DNA from: Methanobrevibacter sp.
GTDB taxonomy: Archaea; Methanobacteriota; Methanobacteria; Methanobacteriales; Methanobacteriaceae
Reading direction: 5' to 3'
Length of the DNA stretch: 64,000 bases
NCBI GenBank assembly: GCA_017459665.1
Contig: JAFUCN010000063.1
Location: 354 to 64,353 of the forward strand
Within the stretch, counting starts at the first letter, position 1; every line of letters begins with the position of its first letter. Below the pieces are notes generated by a model that saw only the letters and a program-made list of their open reading frames with translations, searched no databases and was not told the origin of the DNA. Below are positions 9,207 to 18,531 of the stretch, piece by piece. A program made the translations under genes and the position numbers.

Positions 9207-9934
9207 ATGAGCGGTTGGCAGTTAAGTTTTGATGAGGAATCATTAAATGGAGCAGAAAATTGTGAAGTGGAAATTTTGCATGTTGAAGAGGGGAAATTAT
9301 TGCTAAAGTTGATGGTTTTGAGGTAATTGCACCAAATTGTCTTTCACTCCCCACATTATGTTTCATGTAACTGCAAATCACAATATACTTGCAAACACGA
9401 AGCAGCATTAATATTTTACATTGAAAAACACCTGGAATTGTTGAAAGGTAGTCAAAGTGGAGTTGATTTAATAAGTTCAATTGATGAAAATTAGCTTCGC
9501 GAATTTCTGAAAAATCAGATGAAACAGAATTTGTCGCTTAAAAAAGCTTTTTTAGATAAATTCAGTCAGGAATCTGTAATCGATAAAGAATATTATATTG
9601 ATAAATTAAATCAAGTATTTCGCTCAGGTGAAGATAGATGCTTTGTGGATTTTGGAATTTATAATATAGATATGATGGAATATGCATTATCTGAGTTTAT
9701 GGATAATGAACTGCCAAAAATACTTGAAATGTGCGAACATTCCTTTGTATGTAGTTTGGTTGAAAAGATAGCTGAAGTATTATGGGATGATTTGGCGGTA
9801 AGTCATAATTCAGGGTATGGTCTGGTGGAAGATTTATGAAGTACGTTTATATTTTGAAAGATTCAATTTATTTAACTTCAGATGAGAGAAAATCACTTGA
9901 AAAAGCTACAAGTGAGATAGTAAGTTATTTATAA
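9207..9934 (+). pseudogene. Second SWIM zinc-finger protein pseudogene (includes the 9519..9839 ORF as a fragment)
   Basis: MSGWQLSFDEE..., two frameshifts, then VSCNCKSQYTCKHEAAL (CxC-x5-CKH). In-frame TAG at 9492-9494 continues into ORF 9519..9839, then a further shift into MKYVYILKDSIYLT...SYL*. Confidence 0.78.
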
Positions 9935-10071
9935 ATGTTCAATGATTTTTGTATTTTACAAATGTTAAATGGTTAATTTTATATATTATGTTTTTTTCAC
10001 TACAATTTTATGAAATAGGGTCAATTTTGAACCTAAAACTTTAAATAGATTATGAATAGTAAATTATTTTT

Positions 10072-10473
10072 ATGTATTACTACAAATTTGAGTCAATAGA
10101 TTTTGAAGAGCAGTATGCTTTTGAACTAATGCATTGGAAAAAATTCACTTCAGCCGAATTGGATGAAATGGTTATAAAAGCAATTAAAACATATATTGAA
10201 GAAGATTATGATGCTTATCTAAATTTTCCATGTCATCTGGATATTGGTGATTTGTTTTTTGATGAAATCCTTCAGAATACTTTAGTTAAACTGTTTGGAT
10301 TTAAAAAGATTGATTTCGAAAGTAGGGTAGAATATGGTGGTGAATCATTATTCAGTGATGATTTTCGCCATAGGGATAGAAAAAATTTTAAAGAAATCTT
10401 AAAAGATGTTAAAGTTCCGAAATGTGAAAGTTGTAATGAATCGAATTGTTTAATTGAAAATGAAAGATTTTAA
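10072..10473 (+). CDS. Hypothetical acidic protein with C-terminal Cys cluster
   Basis: 133-aa ORF ending in CESCNESNC; TATA-like TTTAAATA about 25 bp upstream. Confidence 0.6.
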   Translation: MYYYKFESIDFEEQYAFELMHWKKFTSAELDEMVIKAIKTYIEEDYDAYLNFPCHLDIGDLFFDEILQNTLVKLFGFKKIDFESRVEYGGESLFSDDFRHRDRKNFKEILKDVKVPKCESCNESNCLIENERF

Positions 10474-10488
10474 ATCGAAATCAAATTA

Positions 10489-10779
10489 ATGGAGGTAATG
10501 GTTATGGGATTAACTCCTCAACAAGCATTATTATATTTAGAGAAATACATTTATTATGAAGTTTATCACGACGATAAACGATATGGTTTTTGCAGTGAAT
10601 ATGATAAAAATGAATTTGAAAAAAAATATCCGAATAAATTTGTTTTTAAAGAATTTAATTTTAATTATGATGAGTTTTTATTCGGTGCACGATTGGAAAA
10701 ATTAATGAAACTATTGGAATCCAATCCGGAAAAAGTTGATGAAGAATTAAAAACTAAAAATATAAGTGATATTCTTTAA
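10489..10779 (+). CDS. Hypothetical protein
   Basis: 96-aa ORF; GGAGGT lies just before ATG 10504, the probable start. Confidence 0.55.
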   Translation: MEVMVMGLTPQQALLYLEKYIYYEVYHDDKRYGFCSEYDKNEFEKKYPNKFVFKEFNFNYDEFLFGARLEKLMKLLESNPEKVDEELKTKNISDIL

Positions 10780-10909
10780 TTATAATATCTCTTAAGAAAG
10801 CTGTTTTACATCATATCACATTTGTGATTTTGCACATTGTCGCACTTTCAAAACTTTTTAATATTTTGTTGAATATATTAGTATTAGAAAAATATTTTTG
10901 GAGGAATAA

Positions 10910-12115
10910 ATGATGAACTTTGATTTAAGTATTGATCGTGAAAGTCCATTTCAACCAGGAAAGCCAGTTTCTCCGTATTATTTTAAAGGAAGGCATTATA
11001 GTATTCAAAAAATTTTAAGATATTATAATAATGCATGCAACAAGGATGTGCAGCATTTCTTTTTGACCGGAAAAAAAGGAATAGGCAAAACATCTCTAGC
11101 GGAATTTGTTAAGCAATATCTTGAAGATAACCATAATGCTTTAGGAATTTACGTTTCCAATAAGGGCCAAAATTCACTGGAAAATCTTGTAACTTCAATA
11201 TTTGAAGCGTTCTTAAACAATGTGGAAAAAGGATTTTTTGAAAGAAGCTTTGAAGGTTTATTTGGAAGTATTGAAAGTGTTGAATTCCTGGGCACTAAAA
11301 TTCGCTTCAAACCTGAAGAAGAAACATCAAGAGATTTAGTGGCCAGTTTTCATTATATCTTAAATGAATTAATCAATGATGAATTTGACGATTATGATTG
11401 CATCTTTTTAGTAATCGATGATATCAACGGATTGTCCCAACAAAAAGAATTTGTAAATTGGTATAAGAGATTTGCAGACACAATTGAAGTCGACAACTCA
11501 TTTGACTTGCCATTATATATATTATTTGCAGGATATCCAGAAAAATTTGACAATCTTGTATTGCAGGATTTGTCATTCGGCAGAATATTCCATCATGAAG
11601 AAATAAACAATCTTGAAAACACAGATGTTCGTGAATTTTTTATCAATGCATTTGATAGTGTGGGGATAAAATGTGAAGATGATGCATTGGAATTGCTTGT
11701 TTTGTTTTCTCAAGGGTCTCCATTAATGATGCAGCACATTGGTGATGCAGTATTTTGGCAAGCCGATGGAGAAATTATAACTAAAAAAACTGCAACAATC
11801 GGAGTTTTGAATGCTGCAAATGAACTTGGAAGCAAGCAGATACGGCCTGATTTAAACAGGATAGGATCTAAACATTACATTAATATTCTTTTAAAATTGG
11901 GTAAGCATCAAATTTACAGTTTTCAGAAATCTGAATTAGAGAAGTATTTGTCTGATGATGAAGGTGCCGTTTTAACCAATTTTTTAGCAAAAATGATTAA
12001 AATAGGCATTTTAAATTCAATTGGTGTGAAAAACAGTGGTGAATATGAATTCAGTAACATACTGTACTTTACATATTTCATGATTAAGGCAAATGAAGGA
12101 GACATTTTAACTTAA
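10910..12115 (+). CDS. Archaeal-type (STAND-like) P-loop ATPase with probable C-terminal winged helix
   Basis: SPFQPG...FKGR N-terminal motif, Walker A GKKGIGKTS, Walker B FLVIDD, SQGSP; GGAGG upstream. Confidence 0.85.
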   Translation: MMNFDLSIDRESPFQPGKPVSPYYFKGRHYSIQKILRYYNNACNKDVQHFFLTGKKGIGKTSLAEFVKQYLEDNHNALGIYVSNKGQNSLENLVTSIFEAFLNNVEKGFFERSFEGLFGSIESVEFLGTKIRFKPEEETSRDLVASFHYILNELINDEFDDYDCIFLVIDDINGLSQQKEFVNWYKRFADTIEVDNSFDLPLYILFAGYPEKFDNLVLQDLSFGRIFHHEEINNLENTDVREFFINAFDSVGIKCEDDALELLVLFSQGSPLMMQHIGDAVFWQADGEIITKKTATIGVLNAANELGSKQIRPDLNRIGSKHYINILLKLGKHQIYSFQKSELEKYLSDDEGAVLTNFLAKMIKIGILNSIGVKNSGEYEFSNILYFTYFMIKANEGDILT

Positions 12116-12176
12116 AAAATGGGATGTGCTTATTAAAATGAAGTTGGGTATGTTTTAGGTTAATATATAAATTAAT

Positions 12177-12950
12177 CTAAAATTTTGGGCCAATATACTC
12201 CCAAACTTCTTCAAAACTAGTTTCAACTCCAAGTTTGGTGTACTCACGAGCGAGAGTATTAATGTCTCGCTCAAGAAGCTCTTTAGAAATTGGATTGTCC
12301 AAAACCACGGACTGTGAAACATCAATTATCACTGGTTCTTCATTTTTATTTAAAATATTGTAATTGGACAAATCTCCGTGAACCAGTTTTGCTTCATTAA
12401 CAAATAGCTTTAACTGAACTAATAATTTATTCCAAAATTCATCCGGATTTTCAGGTGGCTGGTTTTTAACGGGCTGTGCTGGATTTCCATCTTCATCACC
12501 AATAAACTCAATAAGCAGCACATTATTTGAACTGGTAATCGGTTCTGGAACGTTAACTCCGGCAGTATAAAGTCTTGTCAGGTTTTTGAACTCTTTGGTG
12601 ACCCATGAGTAAATGATTTTCCTTTTGTTTTTGGTTTTTATATTGAATCTTGGATCTCCTTTAAGGTAATAATCCATTTTCTTAAAATCAGAAGTAGCTA
12701 TTCTATAGATTTTTACGGCGACAAACTTTTCATCATCAGTAATGCCTGTAAGCACGTTTGCTTCTTTGCCTGTACTTATTGCACCGTTTAAAACATCAAT
12801 ATGTCCTTGGTTAGCTAATTTGTATAAGGTTTCCAATGTTAATTTATCGAAAATTTCATTTCCCACTTTTCTATCAGAACTGTCTTTTTTTCTTTTTTGT
12901 GAATGTAGCTTTTCGTGTTTGGCGTCAGCTTTAGCTATTTTGGAATCCAT
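12177..12950 (-). CDS. rio1: RIO1 serine/threonine kinase
   Basis: ISTGKEANV, AVKIY, VHGDLSNYN, IIDVSQ. Confidence 0.95.
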   Translation of the reverse strand: MDSKIAKADAKHEKLHSQKRKKDSSDRKVGNEIFDKLTLETLYKLANQGHIDVLNGAISTGKEANVLTGITDDEKFVAVKIYRIATSDFKKMDYYLKGDPRFNIKTKNKRKIIYSWVTKEFKNLTRLYTAGVNVPEPITSSNNVLLIEFIGDEDGNPAQPVKNQPPENPDEFWNKLLVQLKLFVNEAKLVHGDLSNYNILNKNEEPVIIDVSQSVVLDNPISKELLERDINTLAREYTKLGVETSFEEVWEYIGPKF

Positions 12951-12977
12951 TAAAATCAAAAAAAATAAGTGGTGAGA

Positions 12978-13283
12978 CTACATTTTTAAGTAGCCTTTTC
13001 TTTCAAGCCAGTTAGACTCGGTTTTTGTGTATCTCCAGATAACATCTGCTTTTTCATCAGATTGGAAGTCCCATGGTTTTACAAGGATTACGTCTCCTTC
13101 ACGAATCCAAATACGTTTTTTCATTTTTCCAGGGATTCTGGTCATTCTTATATTTCCGTCAGCACAACGGACTTTTAATTTTCCGTGTCCCATAATTTGT
13201 TCAACTATTCCAGGCATTTCTCCTTTTTTAGGAGTCCTTACTCTTCTATACTCTTGTTGTTGATTGTTATTAGGCTTAGACAA
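12978..13283 (-). CDS. eif1A: Translation initiation factor aIF-1A
   Basis: RIPGKMKKRIWIREGD, PWDFQ. Confidence 0.97.
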   Translation of the reverse strand: MSKPNNNQQQEYRRVRTPKKGEMPGIVEQIMGHGKLKVRCADGNIRMTRIPGKMKKRIWIREGDVILVKPWDFQSDEKADVIWRYTKTESNWLERKGYLKM

Positions 13284-13389
13284 ATACTCTCCTCCAAAAT
13301 AATAATACGTTTCTCCATAAGATTAAATTATTTATATATTTATTAATATATAATATATTAATTTATTGGATTTTATATAAGTGGTATTG

Positions 13390-14613
13390 ATGGGAACAGA
13401 ATTTTTAAAAATAAAAGAATGTGATGAAGCGATTGATATAATTCAGGATTTATTCGATAAAAACTTGGCTCCTCAAAGTGAGGAGATTAATGTTAGTGAT
13501 GCTTACGGCAGAATATTATTTGAAGATGTTTACTCAAGAATGGACTTCCCGCCTTTTGACAAGGCTTTAAAAGACGGTTTTGCTATTCTTGCAAGTGACA
13601 GTTTTGGCGCTTCAGAAGAATCTCCAAACACTTTGGAAGTCATTGATTTTCTGGAGGCAGGTTCCACAACAGACAAAAAAGTTGAAAAAAGCAAATGCAT
13701 TGAAATCAGTACTGGTGCAGCAATGCCTGAAGGAGCTGAATCAGTTGTAATGGCGGAATATGCTGAAAAGGAAGATGGGATGGTAAATTTACTTACAACA
13801 GCAACTCCTGCTCAAGACGTTGCTAAAAAAGGATCAGACATTGAAGAAGGTAAATTGATTCTTAAAAAAGGAGATTTTTTAAACCCTGGAAAAATAGGTG
13901 TTTTACTATCACAGGGATTTGAAACCATTGAAGTTTATAAAAAACCCAGTGTCGGTATAGTTTCTTCCGGAAATGAGATAACACTTCAGGGCGAAGAGTT
14001 GGAATATGGAAAAATCTATGATGTAAATGGTGGAATGATTAAAAACGATGCCATTTCCTGCGGCGCCGATGCCAAATTCTTAGGTGTGATGAGAGACAAT
14101 TATGATGAGGTTAAAGAAAAGATAACTGAATCCCTAAAAGAAGTGGATATACTGTTCTGCTCTGGAGGAACATCTGCAGGTCTTGGAGATGTCCTAAAAC
14201 ATGTTCTTGATGAATTGGGTGAGGTTTATATTCATGGAATCTCAGTTCAGCCGGGCAAACCGACAATCGTTGGAGTCATTGGTGGCAAAATCGTTATTGG
14301 ACTTCCTGGAAATCCTGTATCTGCCTTGATGATATTCAATGCATTTGTGGCAGAACCTTTAACCAAACTTGCCGGAATAGAAAAAGATTTTGAGTTGAAG
14401 ACAGTTAAAGGTAAGATTACCAAAAGAATCCATTCTCAAGTCGGAAGGATGCAATATCAGCTTGTAAAAGTTGATGGTGAAAATATTCAACCGATATTTA
14501 AGGATTCCGGTGCAATTTTCTCACTTTCAACAGCCGACGGTTATGTGAAAATTCCAAAATTGGTTGAGTTGGTTGATGAAGGCGAAGATGTAGAAGTCTA
14601 TTTATTTAATTAA
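13390..14613 (+). CDS. moeA: Molybdopterin molybdotransferase MoeA
   Basis: PPFDKALKDGFA, ISTGA, SGGTSAG, PGKPT, LPGNPVS. Confidence 0.93.
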   Translation: MGTEFLKIKECDEAIDIIQDLFDKNLAPQSEEINVSDAYGRILFEDVYSRMDFPPFDKALKDGFAILASDSFGASEESPNTLEVIDFLEAGSTTDKKVEKSKCIEISTGAAMPEGAESVVMAEYAEKEDGMVNLLTTATPAQDVAKKGSDIEEGKLILKKGDFLNPGKIGVLLSQGFETIEVYKKPSVGIVSSGNEITLQGEELEYGKIYDVNGGMIKNDAISCGADAKFLGVMRDNYDEVKEKITESLKEVDILFCSGGTSAGLGDVLKHVLDELGEVYIHGISVQPGKPTIVGVIGGKIVIGLPGNPVSALMIFNAFVAEPLTKLAGIEKDFELKTVKGKITKRIHSQVGRMQYQLVKVDGENIQPIFKDSGAIFSLSTADGYVKIPKLVELVDEGEDVEVYLFN

Positions 14614-14640
14614 GATAATAATATTTGATAAGGTGTAATT

Positions 14641-15102
14641 ATGGAAAGTGAAGTAAAAGTAATTCCAGAACAAAAATTGGGAGTTATTAACTGCAAAACA
14701 CCAATCGAAGATTTGGGAGTATTTCTCTCTATTTTAATGGGCTGGGTTGATGCAGAAGAAATTGAAACAGAAGGAGAACCTTTTATTGTTTATTTCTCAC
14801 CAAGACACGAAGTTAACGATGGTGACGTAGTTTATGATGTAAGTATTGCCATTAAACAGGATGCTGAAGAAACTGATAGAATTCGTGTCGTTGACATGAT
14901 TGAGCATAAAGTATTGGCGGGCAAACATTACGGTTCTACTGACAATATTTTAGATACTTATGCGAAGCTGGTTAATGTAGCTCAAAAAAATAATTATGAC
15001 ATAATCGGTTCACCAAAAGAAATTCTGATTAAAAGTTTCCACAATTGTGATGATGAAAACGATTTTGTAACTGAAATCCAATTGCCGATTATTGAAATGT
15101 AA
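14641..15102 (+). CDS. GyrI-like small-molecule-binding domain protein
   Basis: Duplicated SHS2-like pattern: GEPF...Y, HYGS, GSPKE, TEIQLPI. Confidence 0.8.
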   Translation: MESEVKVIPEQKLGVINCKTPIEDLGVFLSILMGWVDAEEIETEGEPFIVYFSPRHEVNDGDVVYDVSIAIKQDAEETDRIRVVDMIEHKVLAGKHYGSTDNILDTYAKLVNVAQKNNYDIIGSPKEILIKSFHNCDDENDFVTEIQLPIIEM

Positions 15103-15111
15103 GGTGATAAA

Positions 15112-15360
15112 ATGTCTAAAGAAGAGTTTGATTTAGATAAAGAAATTGAAAAGATTGCTCGTAAGACAAATCTGAATATGAGAAAATCAGAGTATTCTTT
15201 TGAAAATCAAATGAAAAGGTTGGATAAGGACATTGACAATCTTATGAAAGATAAAATAAGGAATTTTGATGATAACAAAGATTTAACATCAGACTATCTA
15301 AATATAAACTATAAACAGGACACTATTGACAGATATAGAGAAAAATTGAAAAAAATCTAA
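15112..15360 (+). CDS. Hypothetical charged protein
   Basis: 82-aa ORF with AGGTGA ribosome-binding site. Confidence 0.6.
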   Translation: MSKEEFDLDKEIEKIARKTNLNMRKSEYSFENQMKRLDKDIDNLMKDKIRNFDDNKDLTSDYLNINYKQDTIDRYREKLKKI

Positions 15361-15373
15361 TTTTTCTCATTTT

Positions 15374-16684
15374 CTAATTTTGACCGACAACTCTTAAATC
15401 GTGAACCAAGAGTTTAGGTATAATGAATGAACCGTATTGTTTGATTTCTGATTTTAAACCTTCTACTTTTTTCATAATTTCAAAGACATTTCCAGAAATC
15501 ATTGCCTTGTTAATAGGTTCGGTCAGTTCACCATTTTCTATTTTAAAAGCATTACTTGCTTCAACAGAGAAATCTCCGGATATCGGGTTTGCAGTATGGG
15601 CTCCAAGGACACTTGTTGTTAGAACGCCTTTGTCAATTTCACTTAAATCTTTCATTTCACTGAATTTGAACTCAAGATTTGTTGGTGAAATCATAGGTGT
15701 TGTTAAATAGGATCCTCTAAGTCCGTTGGATGTTGTCTTAACGCCTTCCTTATTTGCTGTGTATATGTCATAGATAAATGAATTTAATGTTCCATCTTTT
15801 ATCAAATCGGTCTTTTTACTTACGCTTCCTTCGCCGTCACATTTTGCAGTTGCCATTCCTTTTTCAAGCAAGGGATTGTCGGTTAATGTCAATGTCGGAT
15901 TTGCGATTTCACTTCCAATTTTATCTTTTAAGATGGATCTGCCTCTCATTACATTTTCACCGTTGAATGCACCGATGAATGTATGAAGCAATCCTGTTGC
16001 AGCATAATAGTCAAGTACAACATCATAATCTCCAGTTTCAACTGGTTTTGTCTTCAGTGAACTTTTTGCAAGTTCACATACTTCGTGGGCTATTTTTTCT
16101 CCATCTAAATCGAAAAACCTTGATGATTGTGAATTGTAAGCTGTTGCAACTTCGCCCTCTTTTTCAAGCATTACAGATAGTCCAATTCCAAATCCTGTTC
16201 CTTCGTCTTCGATGGAAACTCCATTTGAATTAATGATTAATGATTTTCCTCTGCTTGCAGTAAAACCGGAACCGGTAACGTCACATCCACTATCAATAGC
16301 GGTGTCAATTGTTGTCTTTAAAAATTCAACAGATTCATCCAGGCTTAAATCATCATATTTTTTATCGTAAACCTTATCAACAGTTGGAACCTTTTCGACT
16401 TCTGCAAAAGCATAATTTTCATCTATTTTTGTTAATTTGGTATTTTCTATTGCCTGTGCGGCAGTCTGTGCAATCTTATCCAAGTCAGATGTAAATGCAA
16501 AGCCTTGTTTTTTGTCTTTTAGAACTCTAATTCCGACTCCAAGTTCAATTTCCTCTTTTGCAAAGTTCAATTCCTCTTTAAGTGAGTCGAGTTGTATCAC
16601 ATTTGACTCATCAATGTATATTTCGTAAGCATCACAGTTGTTTTCAACTTCTTTTTTTGCGATTTCGGCTAGTTCATATATCAT
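15374..16684 (-). CDS. TldD/PmbA-family protein (PmbA/TldE-like)
   Basis: DGEG, AHTANPISGDFS, MISGN. Likely start ATG 16684 (MIYELAEIA). Confidence 0.92.
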   Translation of the reverse strand: MIYELAEIAKKEVENNCDAYEIYIDESNVIQLDSLKEELNFAKEEIELGVGIRVLKDKKQGFAFTSDLDKIAQTAAQAIENTKLTKIDENYAFAEVEKVPTVDKVYDKKYDDLSLDESVEFLKTTIDTAIDSGCDVTGSGFTASRGKSLIINSNGVSIEDEGTGFGIGLSVMLEKEGEVATAYNSQSSRFFDLDGEKIAHEVCELAKSSLKTKPVETGDYDVVLDYYAATGLLHTFIGAFNGENVMRGRSILKDKIGSEIANPTLTLTDNPLLEKGMATAKCDGEGSVSKKTDLIKDGTLNSFIYDIYTANKEGVKTTSNGLRGSYLTTPMISPTNLEFKFSEMKDLSEIDKGVLTTSVLGAHTANPISGDFSVEASNAFKIENGELTEPINKAMISGNVFEIMKKVEGLKSEIKQYGSFIIPKLLVHDLRVVGQN

Positions 16685-16691
16685 TTTATCC

Positions 16692-17396
16692 CTACAATGC
16701 AAATTTTTCAATAGCTTCGGCCACTCCGTCACCGAACATGTTCTCACAGGCATATGTGCTTATTTCTTTTAGCTTATCGTCAGCATTGCCTACGGCTATT
16801 TTATATCCTGCTTCTTTAAGAAAATCTTCATCATTTTGACTATCTCCGATAGCCATAACATTTTCCATATTTATTCCATTTCTTTCACATAGATATTTGA
16901 GTGAAGTTCCTTTATTGACACGTTTATCTGTGATATGCAGTGCAAATCCGCTGTCATAGATTTCAAGTTCATCAAGGTATTTAAAATCTTTCAGTGCATC
17001 TTCCAGTTCTTTTCTATCAATTGTTTTGTAAAATACGGTTTCAGTTAGTCTGTACATGTTGTCATGGGAAGCATGTTTGTCGAATTTTTCACCTAATTTT
17101 TCCTTTAAGTGGTTTTCAGCTGATGTCACAAAGTCTCGCTCAACCATTGTTTCAACAGCGTTATTGTTTTCACCTTCCTTAAAGACAATGCCTCCATTTT
17201 CAGCTACAAGACCTCCACTGCATCCTATTAAAACTTCAGTGGCATATGCGTAGTTTACAACATTTCCGGTAACGATAATTGTTGGAATTCCTTTTGCTTC
17301 AGCTTTTCTCAATGCTTCGATTGCAGAAATGCAGATTTGCCTTTTTTCATCAGTTATTGTTCCGTCAATATCAACTGCAATTGCTTCTATGATCAT
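16692..17396 (-). CDS. Archaeal phosphoglycolate phosphatase (HAD IIB)
   Basis: DIDGTIT, TGN, ENGG, NKG, GDSQND. Confidence 0.88.
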   Translation of the reverse strand: MIIEAIAVDIDGTITDEKRQICISAIEALRKAEAKGIPTIIVTGNVVNYAYATEVLIGCSGGLVAENGGIVFKEGENNNAVETMVERDFVTSAENHLKEKLGEKFDKHASHDNMYRLTETVFYKTIDRKELEDALKDFKYLDELEIYDSGFALHITDKRVNKGTSLKYLCERNGINMENVMAIGDSQNDEDFLKEAGYKIAVGNADDKLKEISTYACENMFGDGVAEAIEKFAL

Positions 17397-17397
17397 A

Positions 17398-18450
17398 TTA
17401 TCCTCTTGAATATCTGTGTGCGATGTTACATGTTCCTTCTTTACTTACCATACATGCTCCAATCGGGTGTAGTGGATTGCATGCTTTTCTAAATAACTTG
17501 CAGTCTTCAGGTCTTGCAAGACCTCTTAAAATAGGGCCACAAATACATCCTTTAGGAGCTTCGTTAACATCTTTTACTTCAATATCGTATTTTTCACGTG
17601 CATTGAATTCACTGAATTCATCTTTTATCTCTAAGATGGAATTTGGTATTTTAGGAAAACCTCTCCATTCTCTTGAAGTCACATCAAAGACCTGGTCTAT
17701 TTTTTCCTGTGCAATCACGTTTCCTTCTTCTCTAACAGCTCTTTTATATTCATTTTCTATTTTCGGTGTTTCGTTTTGAATCTGTCTTAAAATCATATAA
17801 ACGGACATTAATATGTCTAATGGGTTGAATCCTGCTACAGCTTGAGGGATTCCAAAGTCGGTTGAGAAATATTCGAATGGTTTGGTTCCAATGATTGTAC
17901 ATACGTGTCCAGGTTGAATCAATGCATTTAAACTTGTTTCACCGGAGTTAATTAAAAAGTCAATTGCTGGCGGTATTAGTCTGTGACAGGAAAGTACGGA
18001 GAAGTTTTCAGGAGGTGTTGCAAGCAGTTCTGCAGCTGTTGTTGGAGCTGTTGTTTCGAAACCTGCTGAGATGAATGCAACATCATTGTCTTCTTTTTCG
18101 GCTATTTCAATGGCTCTGTTGATTCCATAAACCACCCTCACATCTCCACCTTCTGCTTTAGCATCTGCAAGTGACCTTTCAGAGCCTGGAACTCTCAACA
18201 TATCTCCGAAGGTAGTTATTGTAACTCCTTTGTCAATAAGTTCCAAAGCTTCGTCAATCTCACGGGATGGAACAACACAGACAGGACATCCTGGCCCTGC
18301 AATGATTTCAACTTCTTCTGGAAGTAAGCTTCTTATTCCGTTTTCCATAATCGTATGTTCGTGAGATCCGCACACGTGCATTATTTTGACAGGTGTAGCT
18401 AATTCATTAATTTTTTCCAATAGCTTTTTTGACATATCTTTCATATTCAT
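17398..18450 (-). CDS. hypD: Hydrogenase maturation protein HypD
   Basis: CGSHEH, GPGCPVC, GFETT, PGHV, GACMVS. Confidence 0.97.
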   Translation of the reverse strand: MNMKDMSKKLLEKINELATPVKIMHVCGSHEHTIMENGIRSLLPEEVEIIAGPGCPVCVVPSREIDEALELIDKGVTITTFGDMLRVPGSERSLADAKAEGGDVRVVYGINRAIEIAEKEDNDVAFISAGFETTAPTTAAELLATPPENFSVLSCHRLIPPAIDFLINSGETSLNALIQPGHVCTIIGTKPFEYFSTDFGIPQAVAGFNPLDILMSVYMILRQIQNETPKIENEYKRAVREEGNVIAQEKIDQVFDVTSREWRGFPKIPNSILEIKDEFSEFNAREKYDIEVKDVNEAPKGCICGPILRGLARPEDCKLFRKACNPLHPIGACMVSKEGTCNIAHRYSRG

Positions 18451-18531
18451 TTAAAACACCGAAGATTTAATATTATACTATAAATATATTTAAAATTGTA
18501 TTAATTAAATTTATTGTAATTAGGGATTAAC

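Larger units (their letters stand above)
7602..12158. mobile_element. Small genomic island inserted between rio1 and dim2
   Basis: Interrupts a normally contiguous gene pair and carries orphans and pseudogenes. Bounded by a degenerate 28-bp direct repeat (20/28 identical); no integrase or transposase. Confidence 0.55.

Noticed and set aside
9172-9480. 103-aa N-terminal extension of ORF 8143..9480
   Set aside because: It is the antisense of the SWIM pseudogene and has atypical composition; ATG 9171 is the better start.
8123-9494. In-frame TAG codons in both SWIM genes as pyrrolysine read-through
   Set aside because: Frameshifts co-occur, TAG is used as a normal stop elsewhere in the window (e.g. 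top6B, rio1), and Methanobacteriales are not known to encode Pyl.
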